DNA of 64,000 nt, taken from the human T2T-CHM13v2.0 reference genome, Homo sapiens. The stretch is from assembly GCF_009914755.1 (NCBI RefSeq), contig NC_060940.1, one strand, 5' to 3'. Positions 1 through 16,249 of this stretch are shown here, one piece after another (position 1 is the stretch's first letter; each line of letters begins with the position of its first letter). The translations under genes were made by a program, and so were the position numbers. The notes beneath the pieces were generated by a model that made no database searches, was not told the origin of the DNA, and saw only the letters and a program-made list of their open reading frames with translations.

Positions 1-689
1 ACTGTGGCTGTTACATGGGACCCAGCTTCTCTGTTTTTCCATCCTTTGCAAAGACAAAGTTCAGTGGTCATATTTCTTTCCCGAGTTTTATTATAATACT
101 AATCACCATGGGAACATGGGGAGGGGAAAGCATGCAAGATAGTAAACATTGCAATCACATCACAAAAGTTCTAGAATCTCGTTAGGTCATTGGATTTTTG
201 TCTTGGTTCCGAATCTAGAGTGTCTGGCTCTCCCTGAAATGTTACCTGAAAATGAAAGCCTTAAATATTTTTCTCTTTGTTTTTATGCCTGAGGAGGGAC
301 CTCTGTAAACAATTTCCCTAACCACCACCTGACATGAAGCTCGATCCCCAGGACTCACTTCCTCCCTTCTCCTCCTCTTGTTCTGAGGATGAAGCTGTGG
401 CAGTTACTCAGTTGCCCCCTAGACAAAGCAGAGTTTCCAAGGGGGACACACCCAAAACTAGGGAACACTAGCAGAGACGGATCACTTGCATACTTCCTCC
501 CAGCTCACCTGGAATCCAAATGAGTAAGAAGTTCATCTGGCCTCAAGAAAACAATATCTTCAAACAAATGTCTCTTGAGCCCCTGCTCTGGGCTGAGCAT
601 TTCAGCTACCCAGAAGATGAAGGGAGGAGCTTCTTTGCATTATAGTCTAAAATGTGGCTCACATTCACGTGGTGTGACTACACAGCAAT

Positions 690-1225
690 GACAGTATTTG
701 CTGAATGCTTCCTATGGCCAAACACCATTCTAAACTCTGTGCATACGTTAAATCAATGAGTCTATGAAGCATAATCTACTCTTCTTCTTCTTCCTAGTTT
801 ATAGATGAGGAAATAAAGGCAATGAGAAGTTAATGAAGTGATTCACCCAAGGTCACAGGGTTCATAAGCAAGAGAGCTGGGATCTGAATGCAGGCTTTCT
901 GGCTCCAATACCCACCTGCATGACCACCCTACTATCTGCCCCTCACTACAACTAGTGAGACTGGTCTTTGAGGCTTATGGGTTCTGGGACAGTCTAGGTT
1001 GTAGCCCCACCCTGCCACTCTGTCACTTGATATCTGTGTGAACATGGGAAACACACTTAAATTCTTGAGGCTTCAGTTTCCTCATCTGTAAAATAGAAAG
1101 AATAGAATCCACCTCAGAGAATTATGACAAATTTTAAATAAAATGGTGCCTAGAAAGCAGTCAATTAAAGTGATGCCTATAAAGGATCTGGCAAACACTA
1201 AGCACTTAATAAATATTAACTACTC
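690..1225. mobile_element. Two oppositely oriented MIR fragments
   Basis: AGATGAGGAAA..CCCAAGGTCACA and CTTCAGTTTCCTCATCTGTAAAAT cores. Many other MIRs occur across the window (e.g. ~3.9k, 9.4k, 15.7k, 30.1k, 41.5k, 45.1k, 54.8k). Confidence 0.75.
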
Positions 1226-1379
1226 TTTTATTTGATATTTTTTAACTTTACTGAATTCATTTGTTGTTGGAGGAAACCTGAATTTTTACCCTAGGATCTG
1301 CCAGTAAGTCACTATACGATTGAGGATTTATCTCTCATTTAGATCATAGCATAGCCTCTTACCTATACTTTTCCCATGC

Positions 1380-1995
1380 CAACCCCAATGGACTAGTTTC
1401 TTCTTGGACAGCTAGAGTAATCTTTTAAAAATAAATACATCACTTTACTTCCCTGCTTAAAGCTTTCCAGTGGTTTCCCATTGCACAAAGAATGAAACCC
1501 AAAACGCTTGGCCTGATTTACACAGCTATACCTGACACAACCATTGCCCATACCTGACACAGCCACTGTGTCTCTCTCCTCCCCATTCCTCACTATGATC
1601 CAGGCAAACCGGCTTTCTGATTTGAATTTAGCAACTTATTCCTACCTTGTGATATTTACCAGAGAGGCAGCCAGAAAATCCTTCACCTTGAACTCTCCAA
1701 GCCTGGCTCCTTCTTGTCAGAGCTCAAATCAGATACCATTCCTTGTCGAGGCGTGTTCCCTTATTCTTGTGTCCATCCCTTGCTTTATCTTCTCCACAGT
1801 ATTCACCACTATCTGAAACTATGCTACTCATTTATTTATCAACTGGTTTTCTCTTCTGTGTCATTCTACCAGAATGCAAACTACATAAGAACAAAGAGTG
1901 TGGTTAGGAGAACCTTTTTAGTTGTGATATTGCAGTCCATGAGTTCAGTGCCTGGCATCTAGGAGATCTTCAATACATAGATGTTGAATAAATGA
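1380..1995. mobile_element. L2 3' fragment
   Basis: CAGTGCCTGGCA...GTTGAATAAATGAA end; similar L2 pieces at ~9.6-10.2k, 12.0-12.3k, 29.6-30.0k and 38.6-39.4k. Confidence 0.7.
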
Positions 1996-4264
1996 AGGAG
2001 TTTATTAGCTCAAGCCTCATTTATGAAACACAGTAACTTGGATACAGTAATATTGAAATTTCTTTCTGGCTCTAAATTCCAAGAATCTTAAGGCATTTTG
2101 GGGTCCTAAGCCAACAGAGAGATGAGAGAAAGGTCTGGATTGTGGAATCCTAGGACATGCTATTGATAATATTTACCAGATATGAGAACAAAGCTGTAGC
2201 CATCTTCCATGTTACTGAAAAAAGATACATTTTGTCCAAATGTCCCCAAAATTTATCTCACTGTAATATTTCACAAGTCTCTCTTAGGTTTAACTTTCTC
2301 ACTTCTTTATAGCTCTGTGATCACATCTCATTACAAGCATAAAGGCACTGTCAGAAAAGATGGTTGTGATCAACTAACTGGCTGATGTGAACTTTGCCCC
2401 AAATCCAGAGATGTTTGTTGACTCTCAGACTTCCCATAAGTATTTCTCTTGAGAATGTTCCATCAAATACCACCCAGGAACAATGAAAAGTTTCTAGATG
2501 AATCTGGAATTTATTGAAAATATTTGCACTATGAGTATCACTTGGGTACTTACTCACATCATTTTTTCATTAATGAATTCAACAAACATGTATTCAACAC
2601 CTACCGTAAAAAGTCAAAGGGTGATCAAAAGAGATATCAGTACCTACTCTTACAGTGTATCAATTAATCAAACACCAAAATTATGTGTTACTTGCCAACC
2701 ATGATAAAGATGATGGTAAAATAGTCTCAGGAAAAAAAGTATAGATTATTATCTTGTATAGTAGCTAAGAGAATGCAGGTTTAAAGAGCAGAATAGTATT
2801 TTTTTATGAGAAAAAAAGGGTAATAAGTATTAACCCACAGTGTTAGTGGAATTCAGAATAGCTTTCCACACTTACCCTGTTTGAAACCACCCTCTTCTGA
2901 GCCTTGGCTTGTTTATGGGGTTCTAATTAGCATGTTTGATTAGAAGTCAAGGAATCATGGAGAGCCGAGCCTCTCATTTCTACACAGAGAAAACTGGCTT
3001 CCTTAAAATTCTGATGTAACCATGTGCTGGCCTCCAGTACACCCATTAATTTGTGTTTATCCCTGAGGAGAGCAAGGAGGAGTTTGCAGAAACAGAAGAA
3101 AAGAACAGAAAGAGAAAGGTAAAGCCTCAGGCAATACACAAAGATCCATAATAAGCAGTTCTGGAAGGAATGAGATTGCATCAGCTTCAATAGCAGATGA
3201 GCCTTGTCTTATTTTTCTTTGCTCATCTGACCAGGTACTCCATAAATGTCAGAAGGAGGATGAGAAGAAGTAAACACGTTGTTATAAAAGAAGAAGGGGG
3301 CCATTTGGTTCGTGTCAGTTGTCTGGATTGTAAAATATTGCAATGCCCAGCTGACCTTGAGAAAGCTTGCACTGGTATACTATTGACCATTTAAGTAGCT
3401 ATATTAAACTCTCTGGTTTAAGCTAGAGAGTGTATTTATGGGGATTGCAAATATAGGTGCTCTTTGAACACACGTGCTCTCTTCCTGCTTTCTTGAATTG
3501 GCTGTGTTCTAGTTGGCTGAATTTGCTCTAAATCAACATATAGGCATGTGGAAGGTACATTTGCTGCTATGGAGGGTCTGCTGTGTTTAGCTATCCTCCA
3601 AAACATAAGGGAAGCATTTCTCCAGATGGCAGTGTGCTTGGAGTTCAGAGGAATGTGTTTTTGGCCATCAGCAAGGCTCAGTCATCAGTGTTGGCCAGTC
3701 ACCCATACTCAGCATCACGTGCAGTTGTGCACTCTGACAATCCACCAGCAGCTCTGGGCCCTGGGGTGAGTACTGTTATTTGGACAGAAAACTAAGACCT
3801 CCTGTCAAAAGTAAATACTGTGCACTGGTATTGATCTAAATTATTCAGCCTGCATACCTACATATATTAAGGAGAAGATTTTACTAAAATGTTTGAAGGC
3901 AGAAGAGGCCTGGACTTAAATCTCCACTCCACTCTATGCAACTGTGTAATTTCAAGGAAGTTATACAATCTCCTTGAGCATCAGATTATTTATCTGGAAA
4001 ATGAGGATGAGAATGGTGCCTACCTCTTATGAATGAGGTGATCGTAAGAATTAAAAGAGATACTATATGCAAAGTGCATGGGACTGTGGCTGACTGCTAG
4101 CAAGTCACACACTTGCACACAATTCTGCATTGATATATCCAGCACTGTAGACAGAGAATATATTCTAGGATGGGCAAAAGAAAAATCTGAGCATAAAAGT
4201 GCATCTTTCTCAAAAGGCCTTAGGATTTTTTTTCTTATGTACCAAGTCAATTTAGTGGGCAGAA

Positions 4265-4285
4265 ATCAGCACTGTGGACAGCTCC
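4265..4285 (+). promoter_or_regulatory. Candidate RE1/NRSE (REST site) ATCAGCACTGTGGACAGCTCC
   Basis: Fits NTCAGCACCnnGGACAGCnCC with one core mismatch and the canonical 2-nt spacer. Confidence 0.65.
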
Positions 4286-4290
4286 ATTAA

Positions 4291-4652
<362 letters not shown>

Positions 4653-4839
4653 TATATCAGTGTTCTTAAAATTGTGGGCCTATGCAAAATCAATACTAAA
4701 GGGCTGTGAGCAGCACTTTAAAAATAAAATAAAGAAGGAAAGAATGAAATAAAAATGTATAGTGTATTTGCAAATAGTCAGGGTAAGTATTGTTTGATGA
4801 ACCTACTATCTTGTTCTGTTTTTTTTTTGTTATTGTTTG

Positions 4840-4845
<6 letters not shown>

Positions 4846-4886
<41 letters not shown>
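4846..4886. repeat. (GT)n microsatellite
   Basis: Directly visible. Confidence 0.97.
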
Positions 4887-4888
<2 letters not shown>

Positions 4889-5260
4889 CAGTGAAGACAA
4901 AAGTTGGGAGACCACTGATCTATTAGATCACTTTTCTCTAGAAAAATCCATTCTCAAACTATTTCCGGCTGGACTATTTTGTCTCTGCCTCTGATTAAAG
5001 TTGTACGTGTCATTTCTCCTGGTCTAGCCACAGTAAATAAAGCAGTCCCAATGGCCCTGCAAATTACATCTCTGGGGAGCTTAGGCTAGTACCCTAAATG
5101 TCAAACACCTGAGTCAAAAATTCAGTCAGACATCTGGGACTTGATCTACTTGATGCTAAAGAATAAACTGAAATATTTTTCTCCAGAAAATTTATAAATT
5201 AGGGAATTTTCACTAGAAGTTGGCTCTCTCACTGTTGGGCATCAATAAAACTGCTTATGA

Positions 5261-5595
<335 letters not shown>

Positions 5596-7053
5596 TACAG
5601 AGTCACTTTCTGCCTTAGAACATCAATCTGTGTAACCATCAACCCAAGACAGATACTGGGAAGTTTGTCTTGGTCTCTGACTCCAGAAAAGGCTCCTAGA
5701 AAGTATCTCACCAAAGATCTCACAAGTTACTCAATGAGAGGGCTGGGACTCACAGAAAAATATCCTGCTCCTTAAATCTCTCGTGTGTGTGTGTGTGTTT
5801 TCCCTATACTAAGCTCAGAGTTGAACAAAGGCAAAATGAGAATTTTTCATTCCAGGTACAATGATCCTTCTCATTAAATATACAAGTGTAGTTAGTATAA
5901 TTGTGTAATAAGGACATATGTAACAATTGAGAGAAAAAGACACTTCTTTCTCATAAATGGTTAGGGCATAAATATTGCCAACATTTTTCAATGATTATTT
6001 ATGGCAAAACTCATCTTTCCATCCCACAATTACTCTACTGATTAGCAAGGGACCTATGTTTTTCTCCCCCATATCTGAAAAGGCAATGTATTTGGATATG
6101 TGTTGCCTTTTGACCACTCAGCATCCACTTCTATCTTCTAAAAACACTCCTATTTCCTTTGAAAATGTGCCTCTTCTCTTTGGGATACAAGCATTCACGT
6201 CTTTCCTTTTGCCACTCAAGGTGTGTCCTTGTGACCACAGCCTTCAGCAGTCAGACCCTCCTTCCCTAGAATTTTATTCATGAGCAGAGGGCCAAAGAGA
6301 CTAACCCTGGTGGGGTCAATTCCTGACCAGCATCCATGTTCTAATTAGCTGGGGACTCCAGCACTGTTGCTTTCCAGATTGGCCTTAGTTCTGCCCTGTC
6401 GCCAGCCTGGTTCTTCAGCCTTCAAAAAAAAAAATCTGTGAGCTCTCAGTTCCTTCCATTGAATTCCCTTGTGCTTAAATTAATTTGAATCTGTTTCTAT
6501 TGCCTGCCACTAAGGGGGGTATTCAAAATATTGAAAAACGATTCCATCTGAACCAGATGCACTAAGCAATTAGAACAGGTGTCAGCCACGGATCTGGTGT
6601 GACTGTGCTGGTGTGTCTTGGCTAAAGATCAGCCCAGTTTGCAGCCAAAGAAGCACAACAAAAACCCAGGCCAAAACACCCCAGCATTCGTGACCCACAG
6701 AAATAATCTCACTTAGAAGGAATCACAGGGATGGGGACCTTTGCCAGGCTCAGAATAGAGATTTAAACAATGTCAAGTCAATGAATGAATTAATGAACTA
6801 ACAGTTCCCCAGAAAAAGACATAGGAGAATAGTAAATCTGACCTGCCACCTATAGATAATCCAGAGCTGGGCATACTCTTCTTTCCTTACAGAAGGATTT
6901 AGCCTAATGTATTCTGCTAGTGAACTGCAAGACAAGTGCAATTAATACATAGATAAACATTGATAAAATGATAAAAATGATGTGACATTATCACACTTTT
7001 TTGTTACCTCCTGTTTATGGCAAATAATATTGGTTTTTGATTAATGGTAATGA

Positions 7054-7673
<620 letters not shown>

Positions 7674-10467
7674 TTATAAAATACATTATTTGAGTGAAAA
7701 TGTGGGTGCATTTTTTACAATTATGTAAATAAGAGCACAGGTGGTATAAAGATATAGTAAGATTCATTCCAGCAGCATAAGAACACCTGATATTTAAGAA
7801 ACACTGTATAACACATGGTAGACAAAGAATCTAAACTCAAGACGAGGACTTGAACCTTGGCTTCTTCTCAGGCCTTCCAAAATAGCTTCCCCTTTTCTCT
7901 CTCTGCCTCTGTCTCTACATCCACTAAACAGGGATGACAATGCTAGCAGTATTCACATAATTGTTATGAAGAGCAGCACCTAAGCACAGCCACAGCATGG
8001 TATAGAAAACCCAGCGATGATAGCAAACTGAGATCCTGAGTCCCTCGCACATGGTCTGCTGAGCAGCTGTTGATGCTTGCATGTTTTAGACAGTTTTGCC
8101 TTGGACCGGATTCCACTCAGTGACCTAGACATGAAAGACTGTGTGTGTCCCAGTTCCAAATTTCTGAGCTGTGTTTCCTATTCCTTTGCTTCTACTGTTC
8201 ATGTAAAAGTACACTCCAAAATACCAAAGGGGTTTCTTGTAATAAATTCCTTTCAGTTTTCATAAGCAAGATGGCTTTTAAAATGAAAGGAACATTCACG
8301 TAGCTGAATGTAAGTTTACGCATACATTCATTATGCACACTTTAGTCATCTTACTAGGCAAAAGGCATATTTCAGAGAAATTATTTTTAAGGGCTGATAT
8401 TAGGACTAAAGTTCCAATCTTGACTTTGTTTAACAGACCAAAAAGCAACAAGATGTTAAATGGGAACTGTCATGCTTTATCTAACCAAGTGAAGTGGTAT
8501 ACAGCAGAAATTGTAAACTGACAGCCCACAGATTGGATCAGACCCATAGAAGAGGAAGTGTGGAATGGCAGGCAGGAGAGGATTTATTAAAATAAATTGC
8601 CCAAATCTTAAAATTGGGAGTTCTCACATGAAAGTGTTAATCTCCATCTTCTTGTGACAAAATGTAAATACCTGATAACACTGGGCTCAGGACCACAGTC
8701 AGCTCGACTTGAGAAATGACTGTCCCCTTTGGGTGGCCACGTACTTTCCAGGTGGCCGCAGACCCCATCTACCTCTGTTGTGCTATGCCCAACCTCTTTG
8801 CCTTCCTTATATTACCAGCCGGAGACCAGAGAATGGTAAAAGGTCACTGTTACTTCCCATCGTGGAATTGGCTACATCTGTCCAAACATACTCAATGTGG
8901 AAATGGTAAGTTTCATGAGGGCAAGCGTAGACCTGCCGCTTGTGTATGTATCCCTTTGTCTATTTTATTTTCCATTATATCCCCTGCATCTCACACATAT
9001 CAGGTACTTAATATACTTCTGGGATAGATGAATGGAGAAGGGACACATGGGAAGGAGGGAGAAGAAGGTAGATAAAAAGATCTTGGGCCCCTCATCGGAG
9101 AGGGGAACATGTGGAACACTTCAAAGTCATCAGACACCACTGCCTTGTTAGTGTGGCTCTGGAGAAGTACGGGGGCCCCAAAGCCCAGCCAAAGAAAGGG
9201 TTATTACCGCATGTTATATCCACTGTCCTAAAGACTCTTTTTCCTGAAGAGGGAAGAAGCAAATGAAGGAAAGAGAAAAGAGAATTCCCCAAAGATTTTT
9301 TTTTTTTTAAGAGCACATTGGCTAAGACCATGGACATCACTGTCAGAACAATCTGGATTTGAATCTTGGTTCTGTTTGACCTTGGCTAATTTGTTTTACC
9401 TCTTTGGGCCTCAGTTTTCTAATATTTAAAATGGGATAATGCTTGCTTTGCAGAATTTGTGTGGGTATTTAATGAGATGATTCATATAAAGCACTTAGCA
9501 GAGTGAAGGTAAATAGTAACATCTTAAAACACATTGTAATTACTGTCACCTCTTTTTACTGAAACATCAGTTTTTTTATTCTCCACTGGATTATTCCCAT
9601 AAGAAGAAAACATATTGCAATAGCTCCTGTTTTAAAATATATATATATAAATTAAAAATCCATCTCTTGATTCACATCCCTTTCCATATACCACCCCATT
9701 TCTTTGCTCTTTTTTAGAATAAAACTTCTCCAAATAAAAGTTATTCAAACTCATTGTCTCTAGATCCTCTCTTGCCATTCTCATTTGAAGCTGTCAGGCT
9801 TTTATCTCTACTACTTCCCTAAAAGAGCCCTGGTTAGGATCACCACGGATGTTGCCATGACAAAATCCACTGATCAATTCTCAGTTATCGTTTCCCTTGA
9901 TCATAGACACCGATGATCCCTCGCTCTCTTTCCTGAAAATCTTTCTTCACTTGGCTTCTGGAATCCACTCACCTTATCTCACTGGCCACTCCTGAACCTT
10001 CTTTGCTCACTCATCATCTTGCAATTGATAATTGTTTTCTAATTACTAGAAAATTTTATCCAGTCTTATGACTTTATTGCCATTTTCATTATAATGACTC
10101 TCAAATGTTTATCTCCAGACCAGACCCTTCCCTGAACTCCAGCCCTCTCTATAGAACTGCCACTTGTGTATATATATCTACTTGCATGTCAAGTGAGAGG
10201 GTTTAGCTTAATATTACCAAAATGGAACTCTTGGATTAGAAACAACAGCATCCCAGTAGCAATAAGGGAAAACCTGGCATCTGTACCCTGTACCTTGGTT
10301 TCAAATATCATTTTCCAATAAAAGGAACCAGGGTTCCTTAAAGAAATGGCTGATTCTAGGGCTGAGGCAGAAAATAAAAAGGACCAGCCTTGAGCACATT
10401 CTGGTGCCCAAAAGTATGGAAGTGCAACACACACACACACACACGTGGGATGTCAAAAAGACCTAAA

Positions 10468-10800
10468 GGCTGGGCACGGTGGCTCACGTCTGCAATCCCA
10501 GCACTTTGGGAGGCTGAGGTGGGAGAATCACTTAAGTCCAGGAGTTTGAGACCAACCTGGGCAACATAGCAAGACCTGTCTCTACAAAAAAAAAAAAAAA
10601 AAAATACAAAAGTACAAAAATTAGCCAGGTGTGATGGCATGCACCTGTAGTCCTAGATACTCAGAAGGCTAAGGCATGAGGATCACTTGAGCCTGGGAGG
10701 TCGAGGTTGCAATGAGCCAAGATATGCTACTGTACTCCAGCCTGGGCAACAGAGTGAGACCCCATCTCAGAAAAACAAAAACAAAAACAAACAAACAGAA
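10468..10800 (+). mobile_element. Alu (AluJ-like)
   Basis: GGCTGGGCACGGTGG start; TSD AAAAGACCTA. Confidence 0.9.
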
Positions 10801-11295
10801 AAAGACCTAGGAGTCAAAGGAAAGCGCTCCCAATGGTCAAAGCTGCAACAATTTGAGCAATGAAATAAAGTAGTATTGGACTATAACCCAAGGTATAAAA
10901 TAAAAGTCTATGAGTCCATACTCATATAAATGATTAAATAAGTAAGTAAATGGAGACCAGATGAATGCAGAAGAATTCCAAATAATGTATGCAGATACTC
11001 CACCACCAAGGAGGTAGAGTATCTACATTCCTTAAGTGTAGGCTGTTCATAAGGACTTCCTTTCAAAGAGTACAGCATGGAAAAGGGTTAAAACTGTAAC
11101 TTTACTGTAGAAAAACCTGAAAAATACTACCTTATCCAGATGCTGAAGATTAACACCAACAGGATAAGTCATGTTGACAGTATGCACCCTTGATATGATG
11201 TGATGAGAAGGACACCATACCTCTGGGGTCTTCCTCCCAAAAACCCATAACACCAGTCTAATCACGATAAAAAAAAAAAAAAAAAAAAAAAAAAA

Positions 11296-11825
<530 letters not shown>

Positions 11826-12672
11826 TATGGACTTCAGTTATTAATAGTCCATCGATATTGGTTCACTAACTGTGACAAATGTATATTAAATATATTAAGA
11901 ATAGGGGAAATTGAGTGTGAGATATATGGAAACTCTGTATTACTGTCACAATGTTTCTGTAAATCTAAAACTTTCCTAAAACTAAAAGGTTGTAAAATAT
12001 TAAACTCCTTCTACAATAAAATGCAGTCTTTCCCATCTCAATAAATGCGAACTCCACTCTTCCAGTTGCTCAGGTCAAAACTTTTGGAGTCATCTTTGGC
12101 TGCATTCTCTTTTTTACACTCTGTACCCAACATCCAAACATACTCCCATCTCAGGGCTTTCCACCTTATGATCTCTCTGCCTGAAATTCTTTCTCCCCAG
12201 ATGATCACATAGCCTCTTCCTTCATATCCTTCAAATGTCAACTTCACCACCAAGGCCTTTCCTGATTGTGCCTGTAAAATAAGAGAACACTCCACCACAG
12301 TATGACCCATCCCCCTCAAACTGTCCTACTGTTCATAGAATTTATCTTCATGACAAAGAAAAAGCAGTCCCTGACAGCCAAGAGCTTGCCTGACACCTTC
12401 AGCTAGGCTGGGGTGTTCTCCTGTTGAACATAAACAACTTCACAGAACAAGATCAGACAAGACCCCTCTGTGTCCACGATGGATCAAAACAAAAACAAGA
12501 CCACTCCATAATCATGTTTGAACATAGACAAAAACATGAGCATTGTCCAAAACACAGCAGCGATCAAGCATCCTGATATTCTGCTAATAGGAGTGACTGC
12601 TGCTGCTTCACCAACAATAGATTTGGCCTTGCTCTGTTCGCCTCGCCTTCTAGATGAGAATTTTTGAGGTAC

Positions 12673-13153
12673 TGTGATAGGCAGAAGAGTGCCCCTCCGA
12701 AGATGTTCACAGTCTAATCCCAAGAACTTGTGAATATGTCACTTTATATGGCAAAAGGGGATTTGCAGATGTGACCAAGTTGAAGATTTTTAGAAGGGGA
12801 GATTATTCAGAATTATCCAGGCGGGCCCAATGTAATCACAATGGCTCTTGTAAGAGGAAGACAGTCGGGTTGGAGTCAGTGAAGGAGATATGACAACACC
12901 ATGCTGCTGGCTTTGAAGATTAAGGAAGATGCCATAAGCCAAGGAATGCATGTGGCATCCAGAGCTGGGAATGGCAAGAAGACAGGTTCTCCCCTGGAGC
13001 CTCCAGGGGAGAAGAACCAGACCTGCTGGCACCTTCATTTTAACCCAATGAATCTGATTTTGGACTTCCTCCAGAACTGTAAGATAATTTTTTGCTGTTC
13101 TAAGCTACTAGGTTTATGATGTTTCATAATGGCAGCAGTTGGAAACTAATACA
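12673..13153 (+). mobile_element. MaLR LTR (MLT1D-like)
   Basis: TGTGATAGGCAGAA...GGAAACTAATACA termini; 5-bp TSD GGTAC/GATAC. Confidence 0.85.
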
Positions 13154-13291
13154 GATACCCAGATACAGAATGACCCCTGCTTCCTGGAAGCATCCAATCT
13201 GGAGCAAAGAACCACTTCCTTGAATCCTCCCCCAAATCACCCAACACAACTCCAAGCCCTATCATTATTTCTTCCTAACATCTCACTAAGA

Positions 13292-13482
13292 GATATTCTA
13301 CAAAATAGCTGATTGGCACTCCTTAAAACTGTCAAGGTCATCAAAGACAAGGAAAGTCCGAGAAACGGTCACAGCCAAGAAGACCCTAAGGAGACGTGAG
13401 GACTAATGAACTATGGTATCCTGGATGAGATCCTAGAATGAAAAAGGAACACTAGGTAAAAACTAAGGACATCTGGATAATG
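13292..13482 (+). repeat. Direct local duplication, inserted copy (inside an LTR)
   Basis: Copy of 11635-11825 interrupting unrelated LTR sequence. Confidence 0.95.
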
Positions 13483-16249
13483 CAGCTCCCCAGCATACAT
13501 TCTCTCTCACTGCCAAGAGCCAATAAAGGCAACTTCGCTCAATTACAGGTATAATCCCATTGCTCTTTGGCTGTAGGGCATTGACAACCTTCTGGTGTTC
13601 CAAATATTTAACTGTTTATTGTCTGTCTAACCCAGCACTGCATTCCCCAAGCCTGGATCACCATAAATATATAATAAATAATAAGTCAATCTGTCAATAA
13701 TTAATCAGTATTATTAAGGATCCTGAGGCAAGTATGATGAAATAGAAGTGTTTTAGGACTGTACCTCAGGTAAGCTAAGCCAGTCAATCCAACTTATGGC
13801 AGGTGAATGTTTATTTCCTGAAATTTTAAAGGAAAATGAGTGTTTTGAGTCATAGAAGGGTTTTATCTATCTTTCTTTTCTTAGTGAAGTTCCACAAGTA
13901 CAGTTCTGGCCTTGGCAAAATGGGAAAAGGTGAGGTCTACACTGTAGCCAGGAGAACCTGGCTGGATGCAGGGGTGGGAGTGGACAGAAAAGAATGATCC
14001 AGGGACCTACTGTCACGGTGATGTCATAGTAACCATTACTGTGATCTCTTTACCAAGTGCCAGGCACTCTTCACGTGCATTGTCTCGGGCAACCTGTAAA
14101 CAGCCCAAGAGTTAGATAAAATTGCTGCCTCATTCTACTGAGAAAAAGTGAGTCTCCAAAAGATGTTTGCCTAAGATCATGTAGCTAACAGGTGGCAGAG
14201 TCTGGATCTGAACCTAGATCTGTCAGATGGTAAAGCTTGACTATCCTGCTACAGCAACCAGAGCCCAAGAAACCCACCTACGATGGGGCGGGGGTGGAGT
14301 AACAGGTCAGTGCTCAGGAGGCACAGTGCTGGGAACACCTAGGTGCTAGTTTTTTGAGCTCACACTTTTCTAAACTCCTGTGCAGCTGATGATTAAATGT
14401 GAGTTCTCAGAGTTCCCTGAAGAACTTCCTGGCTCTATAGTCTTTAGTTACAGTGACAATTTATTCATATATTCATTCAATCAATGTTTATTCATGGAGT
14501 ACCTAGGATGTGCCAGCACTGAGACAGGGTACAAGGCCCTCTACCAAATTATTTACAACTGGAAAATATTCCCCATAGGTTTGGTTTACCATGGTTCAGC
14601 CTGGAGATCCAGGAGTGAACAAGATGATGGTAAGATTCCCTTCCAGCTTTGGGTCTAATGATCCTGGGTGCTCCTGAAACTGCTCAGGTGGTCAGTGAGT
14701 GCCCCCCTGGTAATTTCTGCCCAGAATGATTGACAGGAGAGACAACAAGTTCCTGGCCTGCGTTTCACCCCAGTGGCCGATGCATCTGAAATGCCTGCAG
14801 TTCTCAGCTCTTGAACAGAACTGAGGAGTCTTGAAAGAGGCCATGGCATGCCCTGTGGGGTCTCCAGGCAGCTTTGATAGGCCCAGTTGGCATTTGCTAT
14901 AAAAACTTATTAAATCCAGGCCTTTCTTCTGCAACTGAGACTCCAGAACAGCTGCCCCTGACAAACAATAAAGAAGAGCTATCGAAGTCACATCATGGGC
15001 TGGAACCAGAAAAGAAAATAATAATAAAAAAAATAAAAAATAAAAAACTCTTGTCTGGTCCTCGCAGAATAATGACTTCATCTGATGCTGCTTTTCCACA
15101 GGGGCCACTGCAGGGGCCATCCTGGAGGGAGTCACAATGCAGGAGGACAGTGGCAAGTTCAAGAGCTACTGCAGCCGGGGAACAGCAGGACAGCAGCACG
15201 TTCAAGGGCTCTTGCAGCAGGGCATAGCAGGGAAAGGCCTCCCTGGGTCTAACCAATTTACTCCTATTGATTTTCAGATCAGAGGGGTTCAGCTCACAAA
15301 TCAAAAGATGGTTTTCCCTCCCTGCTGCTAAATCTGCAGCCTCTCCCAGACACCTCACAAATTCTGCTTTGATCTTGATTAGCCTGGATGCTTCTAGGTT
15401 GGAAACTGTATGGAGGAGGCAGAGATCTAAAGGTAATCTGGGCTGCACCAGTCAGCCTGGCATGGACTGGTGCATGTACGTGTGCTCACAGGTCCTGGGC
15501 GATGAGGCCGGGCAGCCCAGTGGTGAGAGGTCTGGGAGCTGGGTCCTGATGTGGGCATCATCACCCACTTGTTTATAACCTTTCACACTTAAACTCCCTA
15601 GGCTCTTTTTCTCAATTGTCAAATGGAAATAAGAGCCATTCCAGCCTTATGGCTAAGGAACTGGAGCTTCAGAATCAAACAGAACTGGGTTCAACTCCCA
15701 CCTATGTCCTGTGTTACCTCAGGCAAGTCACATCACCTCTCTGAGCCTCCATTCCTTCATCTGAAAAATAAGCTTCCAGCAATTCTGGACTCTCAGAGTC
15801 ATTGTGAGAATGACTCAAGATGATGCACATAGAAGTATTTAACACTTGAATGGCTTCTAGCAAGATCAGGAAACACCACCTATTACCACTAAATGGGGCT
15901 GTGGTAAGAATAAAACAGAATCATGTGTGTAAAGTGCTTTGAAAAGTACAAAGGACTGAAAAGACTCTGAAGGCTTCTGGAAATCAGTCTACCACATTTT
16001 GGAGCTGGGGTTAGGAAAGACCCTTGGAAGAGGATCCAAAGAAAGACACTCCAGAGCAAGATATATAGGAGGCCCAAGGACAACCTGCAGTGCAGGGCAG
16101 GCCACTTTCTGGGGCTCCAGGTGTTTTCTATATGATTGTGATCTTGATGCTCCCCACCTCACCCCACTGTCAGCCCCAAAAATTCCCATTGTATACAATT
16201 CCTTTTACAGGTGAGAGTCATGCTGGTAACACCGCCTGTCATCAGAGCC

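Larger units (their letters stand above)
12351..13586. mobile_element. Solo LTR (ERV class, subfamily uncertain), split by MLT1 and by the templated insertion
   Basis: TG...CA termini, AATAAA near the 3' end, LTR-like body; sits within L2. Confidence 0.6.
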
